Source: a virus
Strand: one strand, 5' to 3'
IMG/VR virus record: IMGVR_UViG_3300025147_000002
Length of the DNA stretch: 64,000 nucleotides
This document shows, piece after piece, positions 18,236 through 27,303 of this stretch. Within the stretch, counting starts at the first letter, position 1. Every line of letters begins with the position of its first letter. Both the position numbers and the translations under genes were made by a program. The notes under the pieces were generated by a model. The model had not been told where the DNA came from. It was given only the letters and a program-made list of their open reading frames with translations, and searched no databases.

Positions 18236-19255
18236 ATGAAAAATTTACTTGTTAGTGCAGGTTCAACATTAGGGACTATTACGGATAGTTCGGATATGTT
18301 AGATAATGCTAAATTGGGTGACAAAGTTATTGCTTGTATTAGCTCTAACGGTAAAGTCGTAACTCCTACTGCTAATTTTAAAGCAGATTATCGTGGACAA
18401 GCTATTCAGTTTGTACAAGGTAGAGGTTTAGGCATGAATCCTAAATTAGGTTTAAAGCTTAATCCTTTTAAACTTAGTTATCTAGTTAATCCTTATGTGG
18501 CTGCTGTAGCTAAAGTTGTTAAGTTAGGTTATGCAGTAGGCGTTAATGCTACATCTAGTATTATTTTAGCTGCTGATGTTACTGCAAATGTAGGTAGAAT
18601 TATTGGAGTACGTATTATTTCTATGGAACTACAGAAACCTGCTTATACATTAGGTATTCCATTTGATCAAGTTGAAACTCAAGTTAAAATTGGTGATACA
18701 CCTCTTACTATTCAGACTAGACTTAAAGCTAAACTGGATATTTTATTTGCTAAATTAGGTCATGGTCTTGCTGCTACTACAACTAATGCAACTGTATATT
18801 ATGGTTTCGATTTTACAGCTGAGGCAGGTTATAATTTTACAGTTGCTGGATATGGTTTAGCTGAAACTGCTAAAGTAGCTAATACTACTAAAGTAGTTTT
18901 CCCTGAAGGTGCTTCGGCAGATATGCTTGCTCTTGAAAAAAGGATGGCTAGTCGTGATGGTTATAATGCTTCTTACCATAGTGATCAAGAATTATATACA
19001 GAAGAATGGGAAGTAGTTGATGGTGCTACATATGATATATGTATCATTGAAAGTGTAATGGATCCTGCATATGAAATCTTTCAAGATCATGCTAACATGC
19101 TAGTTCGTCAATGGATTATCATGCCTAGCGGTGGTGTTATTGGTACACCTGAAGTTCCTGCTACTGATTTACTTCCTAAGGTTGCTCGTGTTGCAGGTAC
19201 AGGTATATATCTAATTGCAGATATTCTTGATGCAGTTAAAGCAGCTAATAAATAA
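18236..19255 (+). CDS. virion structural protein, hypothetical (339 aa; possibly an auxiliary capsid protein)
   Basis: Clean Ala/Gly/Val-rich ORF in the head module. The assignment rests on position only. Confidence 0.55.
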   Translation: MKNLLVSAGSTLGTITDSSDMLDNAKLGDKVIACISSNGKVVTPTANFKADYRGQAIQFVQGRGLGMNPKLGLKLNPFKLSYLVNPYVAAVAKVVKLGYAVGVNATSSIILAADVTANVGRIIGVRIISMELQKPAYTLGIPFDQVETQVKIGDTPLTIQTRLKAKLDILFAKLGHGLAATTTNATVYYGFDFTAEAGYNFTVAGYGLAETAKVANTTKVVFPEGASADMLALEKRMASRDGYNASYHSDQELYTEEWEVVDGATYDICIIESVMDPAYEIFQDHANMLVRQWIIMPSGGVIGTPEVPATDLLPKVARVAGTGIYLIADILDAVKAANK

Positions 19256-19330
19256 AATAATTTAGGTCACGATAAATTACTTATTATCTCTACTAGTTAT
19301 AGGGATTAATTATTACTTAATTAGATAACT

Positions 19331-19849
19331 ATGTTTTGTCAAAATAAAGCAGTACTTCCTTTATCGTTAATGCCTAATGGTGTGATGCCTACAGTTAAAT
19401 GTGGTGTATCCACTTATTTGTATTATAGAGAAGATGGTGATTTATACTTTTATGATGCCGATAAAAAAATAGAATTTAATCTTTTTCATCTAACTTGTCG
19501 TACAGCTACTACTCCTGGCACTATACCTACAGATACTATGTATTTTGGTATAGCAAATCAACCAATTACAATAGATAACGTTAAAACATTATTAGGTGCA
19601 TATAGTTATGGTAATACTTCAATTGCTGTAACTATTTTTGCTACTCCTGAAGCTCCAAAACAAAATACAATTCATATAGTTATACCTGCTGTTAAAGCAT
19701 TTACAATTACTCAAAATGGTATTAATGTCAGACCTACTTTTACTGAAATAGGAACTATAGTTGTAGATACAGTAACATGTAAACTATATAGTACTGCTAG
19801 TAATAAGTATATTGATATGGATTCAACTTTTATTATTACACTTATTTAA
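19331..19849 (+). CDS. beta-rich structural protein, hypothetical (172 aa)
   Basis: ORF directly abutting the first fibre paralogue (its stop is adjacent to the next ATG). T/V/I-rich, beta-strand-like sequence. Confidence 0.55.
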   Translation: MFCQNKAVLPLSLMPNGVMPTVKCGVSTYLYYREDGDLYFYDADKKIEFNLFHLTCRTATTPGTIPTDTMYFGIANQPITIDNVKTLLGAYSYGNTSIAVTIFATPEAPKQNTIHIVIPAVKAFTITQNGINVRPTFTEIGTIVVDTVTCKLYSTASNKYIDMDSTFIITLI

Positions 19850-20914
19850 ATGGAAAGAAATACTATACCTCTTATAGGAGGACTTCATATTGGTGCACCC
19901 GAACCTATTGATGATAGACTATTAGGTGATAGTATAACTGAATATTTAGTTAGAGTTCCTAAACAACTTAGGTATATAGGTCTACCTGTTACTTTAGTTA
20001 TTAATGGAATCTCTACTAAGTATTGGTTTAAACAAGGTATTGAAGATGGAGATTTAGTATTAGATGTTACAGATGTCGGTAATCCTGCATTTACACCTAA
20101 AACTTTAACTAGTTTAGACGATACTATATTAATAACTGAATTTGATCAAACTACAGATTTATCTGCTACACCTAGATATACTAGTTTAATACCTACACCT
20201 GAACAAGTACATGGTATACCTAAAGATGCTGTATTTGATAAAGTTCTTATGGCTAAAGTAATAGATGATTTACTACATCCGTATCTAGCTCCTACATTAT
20301 ATAATTTTTATATAGATGGTGTACCTAGACTTATAGAAGTAGGTATAGATGTAAGTGGTACTAAAACATTTATGTGGTCTAAAACTAATTATGGTAATAT
20401 TAAAGTCAATAGTGGTACTATACAAAATTTAACAGATGCTTCTATAATTAAAACTGGTATTAATATCACTAGTTTAAGTAGAACATCTGAATTTGTTATT
20501 ATAGATAATACGGCTCCTTTCATTAAATCATTTAATCTTATTGGATTAGATATACATGAACAAGTTATTACAAGTAATACATTTACTATGGAATCAGTAT
20601 TTCCTATGTTCGTAGGTAGTGTAACAAACCTTAATCCTACAGAACAAGATATATCATTAATGGAACGTGTAGTTCAAACTAAAGGTGCTATTACACGATC
20701 TAATACAGTTACTTGGAAACGTCTATGTTTTGCTTATCCAGCTAATTATGGAAGTTTAATAAGTATTAAAGATACAAGTGGATTTGAGAATATTGGCGGA
20801 TTCACTAAAACAGATTTATATATATCTATCAATGGTATTAGTTGTTTGTACAATGTTTATACTCTAACTAAACCTACTACAATTGTCAATTTTAACATGT
20901 CATACATATTTTAA
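19850..20914 (+). CDS. fibre protein paralogue 1 (N-anchor + shared C-module)
   Basis: Its N-terminus is related to the N-termini of the next two genes (IPLIGG...YWF). The C-terminal ~235 aa are clearly homologous to the C-terminus of the 526-aa gene (e.g. FVGSVTNLNPTEQ...CFAYPANYGSLISIKDTSGFENIGGFTKT vs YIGSVTNAAPTEA...CFAYPTTYGDLVSITDTNGFENINGFTKT). Confidence 0.7.
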   Translation: MERNTIPLIGGLHIGAPEPIDDRLLGDSITEYLVRVPKQLRYIGLPVTLVINGISTKYWFKQGIEDGDLVLDVTDVGNPAFTPKTLTSLDDTILITEFDQTTDLSATPRYTSLIPTPEQVHGIPKDAVFDKVLMAKVIDDLLHPYLAPTLYNFYIDGVPRLIEVGIDVSGTKTFMWSKTNYGNIKVNSGTIQNLTDASIIKTGINITSLSRTSEFVIIDNTAPFIKSFNLIGLDIHEQVITSNTFTMESVFPMFVGSVTNLNPTEQDISLMERVVQTKGAITRSNTVTWKRLCFAYPANYGSLISIKDTSGFENIGGFTKTDLYISINGISCLYNVYTLTKPTTIVNFNMSYIF

Positions 20915-20926
20915 AACTATATAATC

Positions 20927-22507
20927 ATGCAAACAGGTATTCCATTAGTACTAGGTTTTCTACCTAATAGTCAAGTCCATTTAGATGCTAGATATATGAA
21001 TGGCGATGTACCTTACGCTAATACAGCAGAGGTATTTAGTTTATTACCTCTATATAGACGTAAGAAATATCTACCTGTTAATATAATGGGTGTAGATTAT
21101 TGGTTTGATACAGATACATTAGATACACTTGTACCTAAGACAAACGTAATAACTGTTCAAGAACCATTAGGTAAATCAGGTAATGATATTATATTACAAT
21201 ATGATACTAATACACTTGCTTTACTTACAGGTAAACTTAAAGTTAAAGATAATGTATTTCCTATATTAGATACTGGTGGTAAGATACCTAGTGCATATCT
21301 TCCTGGTACTACGTCGGATATTGTAGAGAAAGCTAATTACGCTGCAATGATTCTTGCAGTTGGTGCAGCAAATACATTATATGTTACTTTAGATAATAAC
21401 AAAATATATAGATGGTCTGGTACAGTATATACTGAATTACCTACATCTTTAGGATTAGGTACTAATCATGATTCAGCTGGTTATGGTGATGAATCTAGAG
21501 CAGCTTATGATCTTAGACATCAACATTTTCATGAAGGTGGTGCAATTAGTAATTTAGATGATCTAAACAGAGTATCTGGCACTAATACAGGTGATGAAAC
21601 TAAAGCATCTATTGAAGCTAAACTTACAGGTGCTATAACTTCACATACTCATGCTAGTACTAATCAAGGTGGTGTGGCTCCTATTAAGATAGTAGGCCTT
21701 GATATTATACTTGATTATGATCCTACGCAATTTAAATTAGTAGGTGGTCAACTAATACCCGTATATGTTAATGCAAGTGCTATGCCTGAAACTATTCATG
21801 GTCTTAATGCAGGTACATCATTTGCTTTACCAGGTGATACTATTAAAAGTGTACTAGATCGTTTATTATATCCTTATCAAACACCTGCTATTAATGCATT
21901 TGCTATAACTGGTTATTCACAAACTATTCCATTTGAAGTAGGTGTCAATTTAAATGGTAGTAAAACGTTTACATGGAATAGAGTTAATGGTGGTAATATT
22001 AATGCTAATTCAGGTATTATATATGATGGAGTTGCTACAGAAATTCAAACTGCTATCAATCTTACTCCGAATACACTTACTATGAATTTGGATATTCCTA
22101 ACATTACACCTATATCTAAATCTTTTAGAATAGAAGCAATTGCTACTAATGGTGCAATAGTTGTAAGTAATGACTTTAAGTTTACATCTGTATTTGCTAT
22201 GTATATTGGAAGTGTTACTAATGCAGCACCTACAGAAGCAATTGTTAAGTTGATGACTAAACGTGTACTTGCTAAAGGTAATCAATCAATAATTTATACA
22301 TTAGATTTTAAACGTTTTTGTTTTGCTTATCCTACAACATATGGTGATTTAGTTAGTATAACTGATACGAATGGTTTTGAGAATATCAATGGATTTACTA
22401 AGACTACACTTACTTTTACTACTAATGGTGTAACTCAATTATATAATATATATACTCTTACAATACCTGGTAGTCCTACTAATTTTACTGTTACTTATAA
22501 ATTTTAA
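20927..22507 (+). CDS. fibre protein paralogue 2 (N-anchor + insert + shared C-module)
   Basis: The N-terminal ~70 aa are about 50% identical to those of the 496-aa gene (GIPLVLGF..HLDARY...YWFDTDTL..LVP). The central region contains GGKIPSAYLPG, a motif common in phage tail fibres. The C-module is shared with paralogue 1. Confidence 0.7.
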   Translation: MQTGIPLVLGFLPNSQVHLDARYMNGDVPYANTAEVFSLLPLYRRKKYLPVNIMGVDYWFDTDTLDTLVPKTNVITVQEPLGKSGNDIILQYDTNTLALLTGKLKVKDNVFPILDTGGKIPSAYLPGTTSDIVEKANYAAMILAVGAANTLYVTLDNNKIYRWSGTVYTELPTSLGLGTNHDSAGYGDESRAAYDLRHQHFHEGGAISNLDDLNRVSGTNTGDETKASIEAKLTGAITSHTHASTNQGGVAPIKIVGLDIILDYDPTQFKLVGGQLIPVYVNASAMPETIHGLNAGTSFALPGDTIKSVLDRLLYPYQTPAINAFAITGYSQTIPFEVGVNLNGSKTFTWNRVNGGNINANSGIIYDGVATEIQTAINLTPNTLTMNLDIPNITPISKSFRIEAIATNGAIVVSNDFKFTSVFAMYIGSVTNAAPTEAIVKLMTKRVLAKGNQSIIYTLDFKRFCFAYPTTYGDLVSITDTNGFENINGFTKTTLTFTTNGVTQLYNIYTLTIPGSPTNFTVTYKF

Positions 22508-22510
22508 TAT

Positions 22511-24001
22511 ATGTCAGGCATTCCTATAGTTCTAGGATTTGATCCAAAAGCTCAAATTCATTTAGATACAAGGTATCAGAATAATGGAGTTCCTTATATA
22601 GATACAACGGAAGTACTTAGTGTGCTTCCTTTGTATAAACGTGCACTTCATCTTCCAGTAGATATACAAGGAACTCTTTATTGGTTCGATACAGATACAT
22701 TAAATCATTTAGTACCTATACCTGGAGTTAAAGTTATAACATCTGAAGACGGATCTATTATAGTAGTTCCTATTGAAAATGGATTTGATTTAAGTACTAG
22801 TGAAAAACGAACTATAAATATTGGTGCGGGTTTACAAGAAGGATATGGTCTATTTTATAATGGATACACTGTACGTAAACCTCATATTAATACTGATGGT
22901 TTAACTGTTGGTTATGCTATAGCTAATAGTGATTGGGCACCACTACAACAAATTCATTGGGATAATCTTATACTTAAATCTGGAGGAACTGCTCATGCTA
23001 GTGCTAAACTCAAACAATCAGGTAATACAACTTGGTTATTTAGAAGTGGTCAACCTGTAGATGTAGATTCTTTTGGATTTACAGCTGTAGGTTCTGGTAT
23101 TAGAGACGGTTCCACTGCTCTATTTAGATTTAAAAATGAATGGAATATTTGGTGGATTGCTAATCCTTTAGGATCTACTAATAATCTTGCTCAATATGCT
23201 ATAACTAATATAACCGATGATTTAGGTCTACGTAATTTTGGTATTACATCTGGTTTTTCTATTCGATTAGTAAAGAATTTTACAACTCTTACTACACAAG
23301 GTCAACGAGGTGAATATATAGGTAATGATGGTAAACATTATATAACTATACTTATTGGTGCTTATGAATATTTAACTTCAGACTTAGCAGAAACTAAATG
23401 GAGAGATGGAACGCTTATACATGTTGAATCTAATACAGATATATGGGTAGGTCTTACATCTGCTGCTGTATGTGCTTGGAATAATAATTGGAGTTACATT
23501 ACATCTGGAGATAAATCATTTATTGCTGATAAAAATAATATACTTAGTTTTAAAGGTGGAAATGGTATTAATGTGTCATCTAATATTATACCGGCAACTA
23601 TAAATGTTCCTGGTAAAGTTGAAGTAGTTATATCCAATACTAGTACTGTACCAACTGGCAGTACACCAACAGGATCAAATCCTATTGAATGGATTGATTT
23701 TACATTTAAAGATATAGTTGATTCAGCAGGAACAGAATATGTTTTAGATCTTTATGTTGCTGCTCCTTATACAATACTTGGAATAGCAATAGTGGTGAAT
23801 ACAGGAACAGCTGAAGCAACAGTTTCAATAAATAGTAATACCATAATAGGATTAACTGCAAAAGTCGCTACAGTTAATATACAATATTTTGAAGCAACAA
23901 ATAGTAATGTATCTGCACTACATGATAAAGTACATATTAGTATTGGTAATATTATAACTGCTACTTCTTTTACTGGTAAACTTATATATCAACGACTATG
24001 A
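22511..24001 (+). CDS. fibre protein paralogue 3 with diverged FISUMP-like lectin region
   Basis: Shares the N-anchor with paralogue 2. Internal segments YGLFYNGY...FGFTAVGSGIRDG...IWWIANP...GFSIRLVKN and YIGNDGKHYITILIG..YLTSDLAETKWRDG...AAVCAWNNNW parallel the FISUMP units of the next gene. Confidence 0.65.
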   Translation: MSGIPIVLGFDPKAQIHLDTRYQNNGVPYIDTTEVLSVLPLYKRALHLPVDIQGTLYWFDTDTLNHLVPIPGVKVITSEDGSIIVVPIENGFDLSTSEKRTINIGAGLQEGYGLFYNGYTVRKPHINTDGLTVGYAIANSDWAPLQQIHWDNLILKSGGTAHASAKLKQSGNTTWLFRSGQPVDVDSFGFTAVGSGIRDGSTALFRFKNEWNIWWIANPLGSTNNLAQYAITNITDDLGLRNFGITSGFSIRLVKNFTTLTTQGQRGEYIGNDGKHYITILIGAYEYLTSDLAETKWRDGTLIHVESNTDIWVGLTSAAVCAWNNNWSYITSGDKSFIADKNNILSFKGGNGINVSSNIIPATINVPGKVEVVISNTSTVPTGSTPTGSNPIEWIDFTFKDIVDSAGTEYVLDLYVAAPYTILGIAIVVNTGTAEATVSINSNTIIGLTAKVATVNIQYFEATNSNVSALHDKVHISIGNIITATSFTGKLIYQRL

Positions 24002-25281
24002 GTAGTTTAATATATATTTCTGCAAGAAAGATTATAGGTGGATATGGAAGGTTGTATAATTGGTTCTGTACGCAACCGCAAACGAAGGTTAAGTATGGAT
24101 ATTTGTATAATTGGTATGCTGCGACTGATAGTCGAAATATATCGGCGAGTAATGCACACGTTCCATCTATTGATGAGTATATGTCGTTACAGACATTTAT
24201 TGGCGGTGCGTCTCAAGGGGGTAAATTACGAGAATCCGCAATTCTATATTGGGATGCTCCAAACACGGGTGCAACAAATGAATTTGGTTTTAATTTATTT
24301 GGTGCAGGAATGCGAAACGGGTATTTTAGTGTAGGAGATTTTACCGGACTAAAAGGATTGACTAATTTATGGACATCTACTCCATATAATTCAGACTTTA
24401 GCAAAACTTTTTATTCCGACGAATCTTTTAGTGATTATTCTGCTAATCCGAATAAAGATGGTCTTTCTATTCGTTTAATTGTTGTTACTCCTATTGAGAT
24501 AGTTGGAAATTCAGCTATTTACGTAGGTAATGATCTTCGTAGATATAAATGTGTTTTTATTAATAGTGTTTGGTATCTTGCTGAAAATCTTGCAGAAACT
24601 AAATACAGAAATGGTGATCTTATTCCTAAAGTAACAGATAATACCGCTTGGGCTGCTCTTACAACAGGTGCTATGTGTGCCTATAACAATGACGAGGTAA
24701 ACGCATTTGAAACGGCAAGTATCGCTCCGGTGGGATTTCATGTGCCGACAAAGATTGAATTTGCGGATTTCAGAACGTTTTTAGGAACAAATTCAGGAGG
24801 CAAACTAAAGGAAATAGGTTTTAAATATTGGCTCGATCCTAATGTTGGTGCAACAAATGAGGTCGGATTTAATGCAAAAGGAACAGGAATAAGGCTTAAT
24901 AATACAGGGGTTTTTGGTAGGCTTAATGGCGAAGGCTCTTTGTGGTCTACGACAATCTACAATTCTACAATGTCCTATATTGGGGTGCTACAAAATATCA
25001 ACGCTGATTTCTGGGAAAATGGATATAATAATAAGACAGGATTACCGCTTCGCCTCCTAAAAGACGACTCAACATTTACCCCCGGAGATACCCTTACAGA
25101 TATAGACAGTAATACATATCCTTTAGTTAAAATAGGTAATCAGGTATGGACTGCTAGTAATTATAAATGTACTAAACTTAATGATGGTACACCTATACCT
25201 CTAATCGAAGATAATACAGTATGGGCAGCAAGAACGGAGATGGCACAATGTATATATGATAACAATATTGTAAACTTATAA
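23998..25281 (+). CDS. FISUMP (Fibrobacter succinogenes major paralogous, TIGR02145-like) repeat protein; putative glycan-binding fibre component
   Basis: Hallmarks seen: YGRLYNW / YGYLYNWYAA, HVPS..E, GGKL(R/K)E, YW...N.GATNE.GFN..G.G.R, LW(T/S)(S/T)T, G(L)(S/P)(I/L)RL(I/L). The layout is half unit + full unit + half unit. ATGA overlap with the upstream fibre gene. GC/CpG-rich from about 24040 to 25100. Confidence 0.85.
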   Translation: MSSLIYISARKIIGGYGRLYNWFCTQPQTKVKYGYLYNWYAATDSRNISASNAHVPSIDEYMSLQTFIGGASQGGKLRESAILYWDAPNTGATNEFGFNLFGAGMRNGYFSVGDFTGLKGLTNLWTSTPYNSDFSKTFYSDESFSDYSANPNKDGLSIRLIVVTPIEIVGNSAIYVGNDLRRYKCVFINSVWYLAENLAETKYRNGDLIPKVTDNTAWAALTTGAMCAYNNDEVNAFETASIAPVGFHVPTKIEFADFRTFLGTNSGGKLKEIGFKYWLDPNVGATNEVGFNAKGTGIRLNNTGVFGRLNGEGSLWSTTIYNSTMSYIGVLQNINADFWENGYNNKTGLPLRLLKDDSTFTPGDTLTDIDSNTYPLVKIGNQVWTASNYKCTKLNDGTPIPLIEDNTVWAARTEMAQCIYDNNIVNL

Positions 25282-25374
25282 CTGTAGATACAACTGTAGA
25301 TACAACTGAATATACAACTATTAACTTTAAAATAATAATTAACTTTAAAATAATAATTAACTTTAAAATAAAAA
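25282..25374. repeat. two adjacent tandem repeat arrays (3 x 12 bp, 3 x 18 bp)
   Basis: First array: ctgtagatacaa (25282-25293), ctgtagatacaa (25294-25305), ctgaatatacaa (25306-25317). Second array: ttaactttaaaataataa (25321-25338; 25339-25356) and ttaactttaaaataaaaa (25357-25374). The arrays fill the whole gap between the stop at 25281 and the ATG at 25376. Confidence 0.95.
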
Positions 25375-25375
25375 C

Positions 25376-25660
25376 ATGATATCAAATCAATTAAGTGATC
25401 TATTAGGAGAATATGGTGATTTTCCAATTAAAGGTACTGTAAAAGTTATTGCACCTGCTGGTTTATACTTTGCTTCTGCAAATGTATTTGGTGATACAAC
25501 TATGACTGCAATGGAAGTAAATGGAGTTGCTAATAATAGTGATTCATATTTTAATAAAATTATGCCTAATGGTATGTGGCATGTATTTACTAGTAGAATT
25601 ACTGCTATTACTTTATCTGGTGGTGAACTACAATGTTGGACAAAACCTATAGGAGGATAA
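25376..25660 (+). CDS. small beta-rich protein, hypothetical (94 aa)
   Basis: Clean AT-rich ORF between the two GC-rich patches. No motif recognised. Confidence 0.5.
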   Translation: MISNQLSDLLGEYGDFPIKGTVKVIAPAGLYFASANVFGDTTMTAMEVNGVANNSDSYFNKIMPNGMWHVFTSRITAITLSGGELQCWTKPIGG

Positions 25661-25662
25661 CT

Positions 25663-27303
25663 ATGTTAGGTATAACAACTATCGGTATAAAAACTGGTAT
25701 AGGAATAGTTAGACAAGGGGCACATGTGAACCTTTCGGAGCAATTCAATAACGGGAAACTTGTATTGAATTTTGACGATGGGGCAACATCTATGTACACA
25801 GATGCCCTACCTCTATTTGTCGAAAAAGGTGTTACCGCTACGATATGGGCAAATGGAATATTTCCAGATGCTAATGGAGGAACTGGCACGGCTAATTTTT
25901 GTACGTGGACGCAATTGCAGGCAATGTATGCTGCTGGCATCGACATACAATGCCACACATATTCACATATTCGATGTACCGAAAAAACAGATGGAGAAAT
26001 AGCAACTGATTTATTGCTTAATAATACTGCGTTACTCGCTTATGGAATACCAGCACCCACCTGTATGGCATGGCCAGAGGGATTATATGATGCTCGAACA
26101 AAATCAGCCGTTGCGCCATATCGCAAAATGGCGAGATGTTCAGCACCCAATTATGTTTTTACGTATCGTAGTTCTGACAAATACGCCTTAACGTCCTTTT
26201 GGCTTGATAATGGTACGGATGCAACCACAGTAACGGCAAAATCACTACTTGACGGGGCAAAAGCGAATAAGGCGGCAATATTAATGTCAGCACATGGAGT
26301 AAGCGTTGCGGGGAGTTCTGCAACCGTAAAAACATCAAGACTGGCCGAAATAATCGATTATGCGTTAAGTATTGGCGTTGATATTATTTCCGCGAAGCAA
26401 CTTGAAACTCAAATGATGCATAATGAGATATTTGTAGAACCATCTACAAATTTAACCATTACGTCAACAGGTACAGGTGCTGGTGTCGCAAATCTTGTTC
26501 TTGATGTTACAGAGGACACGACATTTACGATTGTAGGTAATGCAAGATTCTATACGGATGCAGGAGGAATAGCTAATGAATCAAATACATGGTATGTAAA
26601 GGCTGGACACGGAATCATTTATATTAAATGTAGTTCTGGTGTATCTACGATAACGGTAGGCAACAGGAAACTATACAAGATAGAATCATGGACTGCAAGT
26701 ACTAACGCTCCATCTCTGGGCGGTAACATATCGTTATTTATTAATTTAGTTATTTTATCGGTGACAGGCAATAACAACCTTTCTGGAAGTATATCAGGAT
26801 TAATAAAATTAATTAAATTATGGTGTTTAGGAAGCAATACTTTATCTGGCAGTATTGCATATCTTCTTTATTTGGCTCAGTATTGGGTTGTTGGTAGTAA
26901 TACAATAGGTGGAGATGCTTCTGGAAATAGTTTATTAACGTCATTTATTGTTGATGGGAACAGTGCAATTTCCGGTAATTCTGACAATATGACGCTTTTA
27001 CAAAGCGCAACGATTGCAAAAGGCACATTCCAATTTTTACGCACAATTACAAATAAACAACTAAGTAGCCTAACAATAGGGAATATAATTCTTGCATCTG
27101 CAAGTATTAATAAAATATTGGCAGACTTCGTGGCCAATAAAGACGAAGCAAAACCATTAACAACAAGAAATATATCATTGTTTGGTTTAGGCGGTTCAAG
27201 TGCGCCAACGGGTCAGGGATTAACGGATAAGGCGACACTTCAGGCATATCACTCTCCAAATAATGATTTAGCATATGTTGTATGGGCGGTTGGAACTCGT
27301 TAG
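25663..27303 (+). CDS. CE4 (NodB-homology) polysaccharide deacetylase fused to LRR-like repeats
   Basis: CE4 motif 1 NFDDG (nt 25768-25782), motif 2 HTYSH (nt 25954-25968), and a later AILMSAH (LxH-type motif). The C-terminal half has ~24-aa repeats with L..L.....GNN.LSGSI (nt ~26695-27045). The ATG at 25663 is preceded by AGGAGG and does not overlap the previous gene. The track ORF opens at an ATG at 25633. Confidence 0.75.
   Translation: MLGITTIGIKTGIGIVRQGAHVNLSEQFNNGKLVLNFDDGATSMYTDALPLFVEKGVTATIWANGIFPDANGGTGTANFCTWTQLQAMYAAGIDIQCHTYSHIRCTEKTDGEIATDLLLNNTALLAYGIPAPTCMAWPEGLYDARTKSAVAPYRKMARCSAPNYVFTYRSSDKYALTSFWLDNGTDATTVTAKSLLDGAKANKAAILMSAHGVSVAGSSATVKTSRLAEIIDYALSIGVDIISAKQLETQMMHNEIFVEPSTNLTITSTGTGAGVANLVLDVTEDTTFTIVGNARFYTDAGGIANESNTWYVKAGHGIIYIKCSSGVSTITVGNRKLYKIESWTASTNAPSLGGNISLFINLVILSVTGNNNLSGSISGLIKLIKLWCLGSNTLSGSIAYLLYLAQYWVVGSNTIGGDASGNSLLTSFIVDGNSAISGNSDNMTLLQSATIAKGTFQFLRTITNKQLSSLTIGNIILASASINKILADFVANKDEAKPLTTRNISLFGLGGSSAPTGQGLTDKATLQAYHSPNNDLAYVVWAVGTR

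Noticed and set aside
24360-25075. Diversity-generating retroelement (VR/TR) targeting the FISUMP / C-type-lectin-like ends
   Set aside because: The segments after LW(T/S)(S/T)T are where DGR variable regions sit in related folds. However, the corresponding nucleotide stretches of the units (about 24361-24480 vs 24931-25070) are not similar to each other. I saw no near-identical template repeat in the window and no reverse transcriptase ORF. A TR/RT elsewhere in the genome cannot be excluded.
25282-25374. Possible CRISPR array
   Set aside because: The repeats are directly adjacent with no spacers, the units are only 12 and 18 bp, and there are three copies of each. This is simple tandem repetition, not a repeat-spacer architecture.
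25161-25427. 88-aa minus-strand ORF with FKVNYY and SCIY repeats
   Set aside because: Its repetitive translation is just the reverse-complement reading of the 18-bp and 12-bp tandem repeats, and it spans two plus-strand genes.
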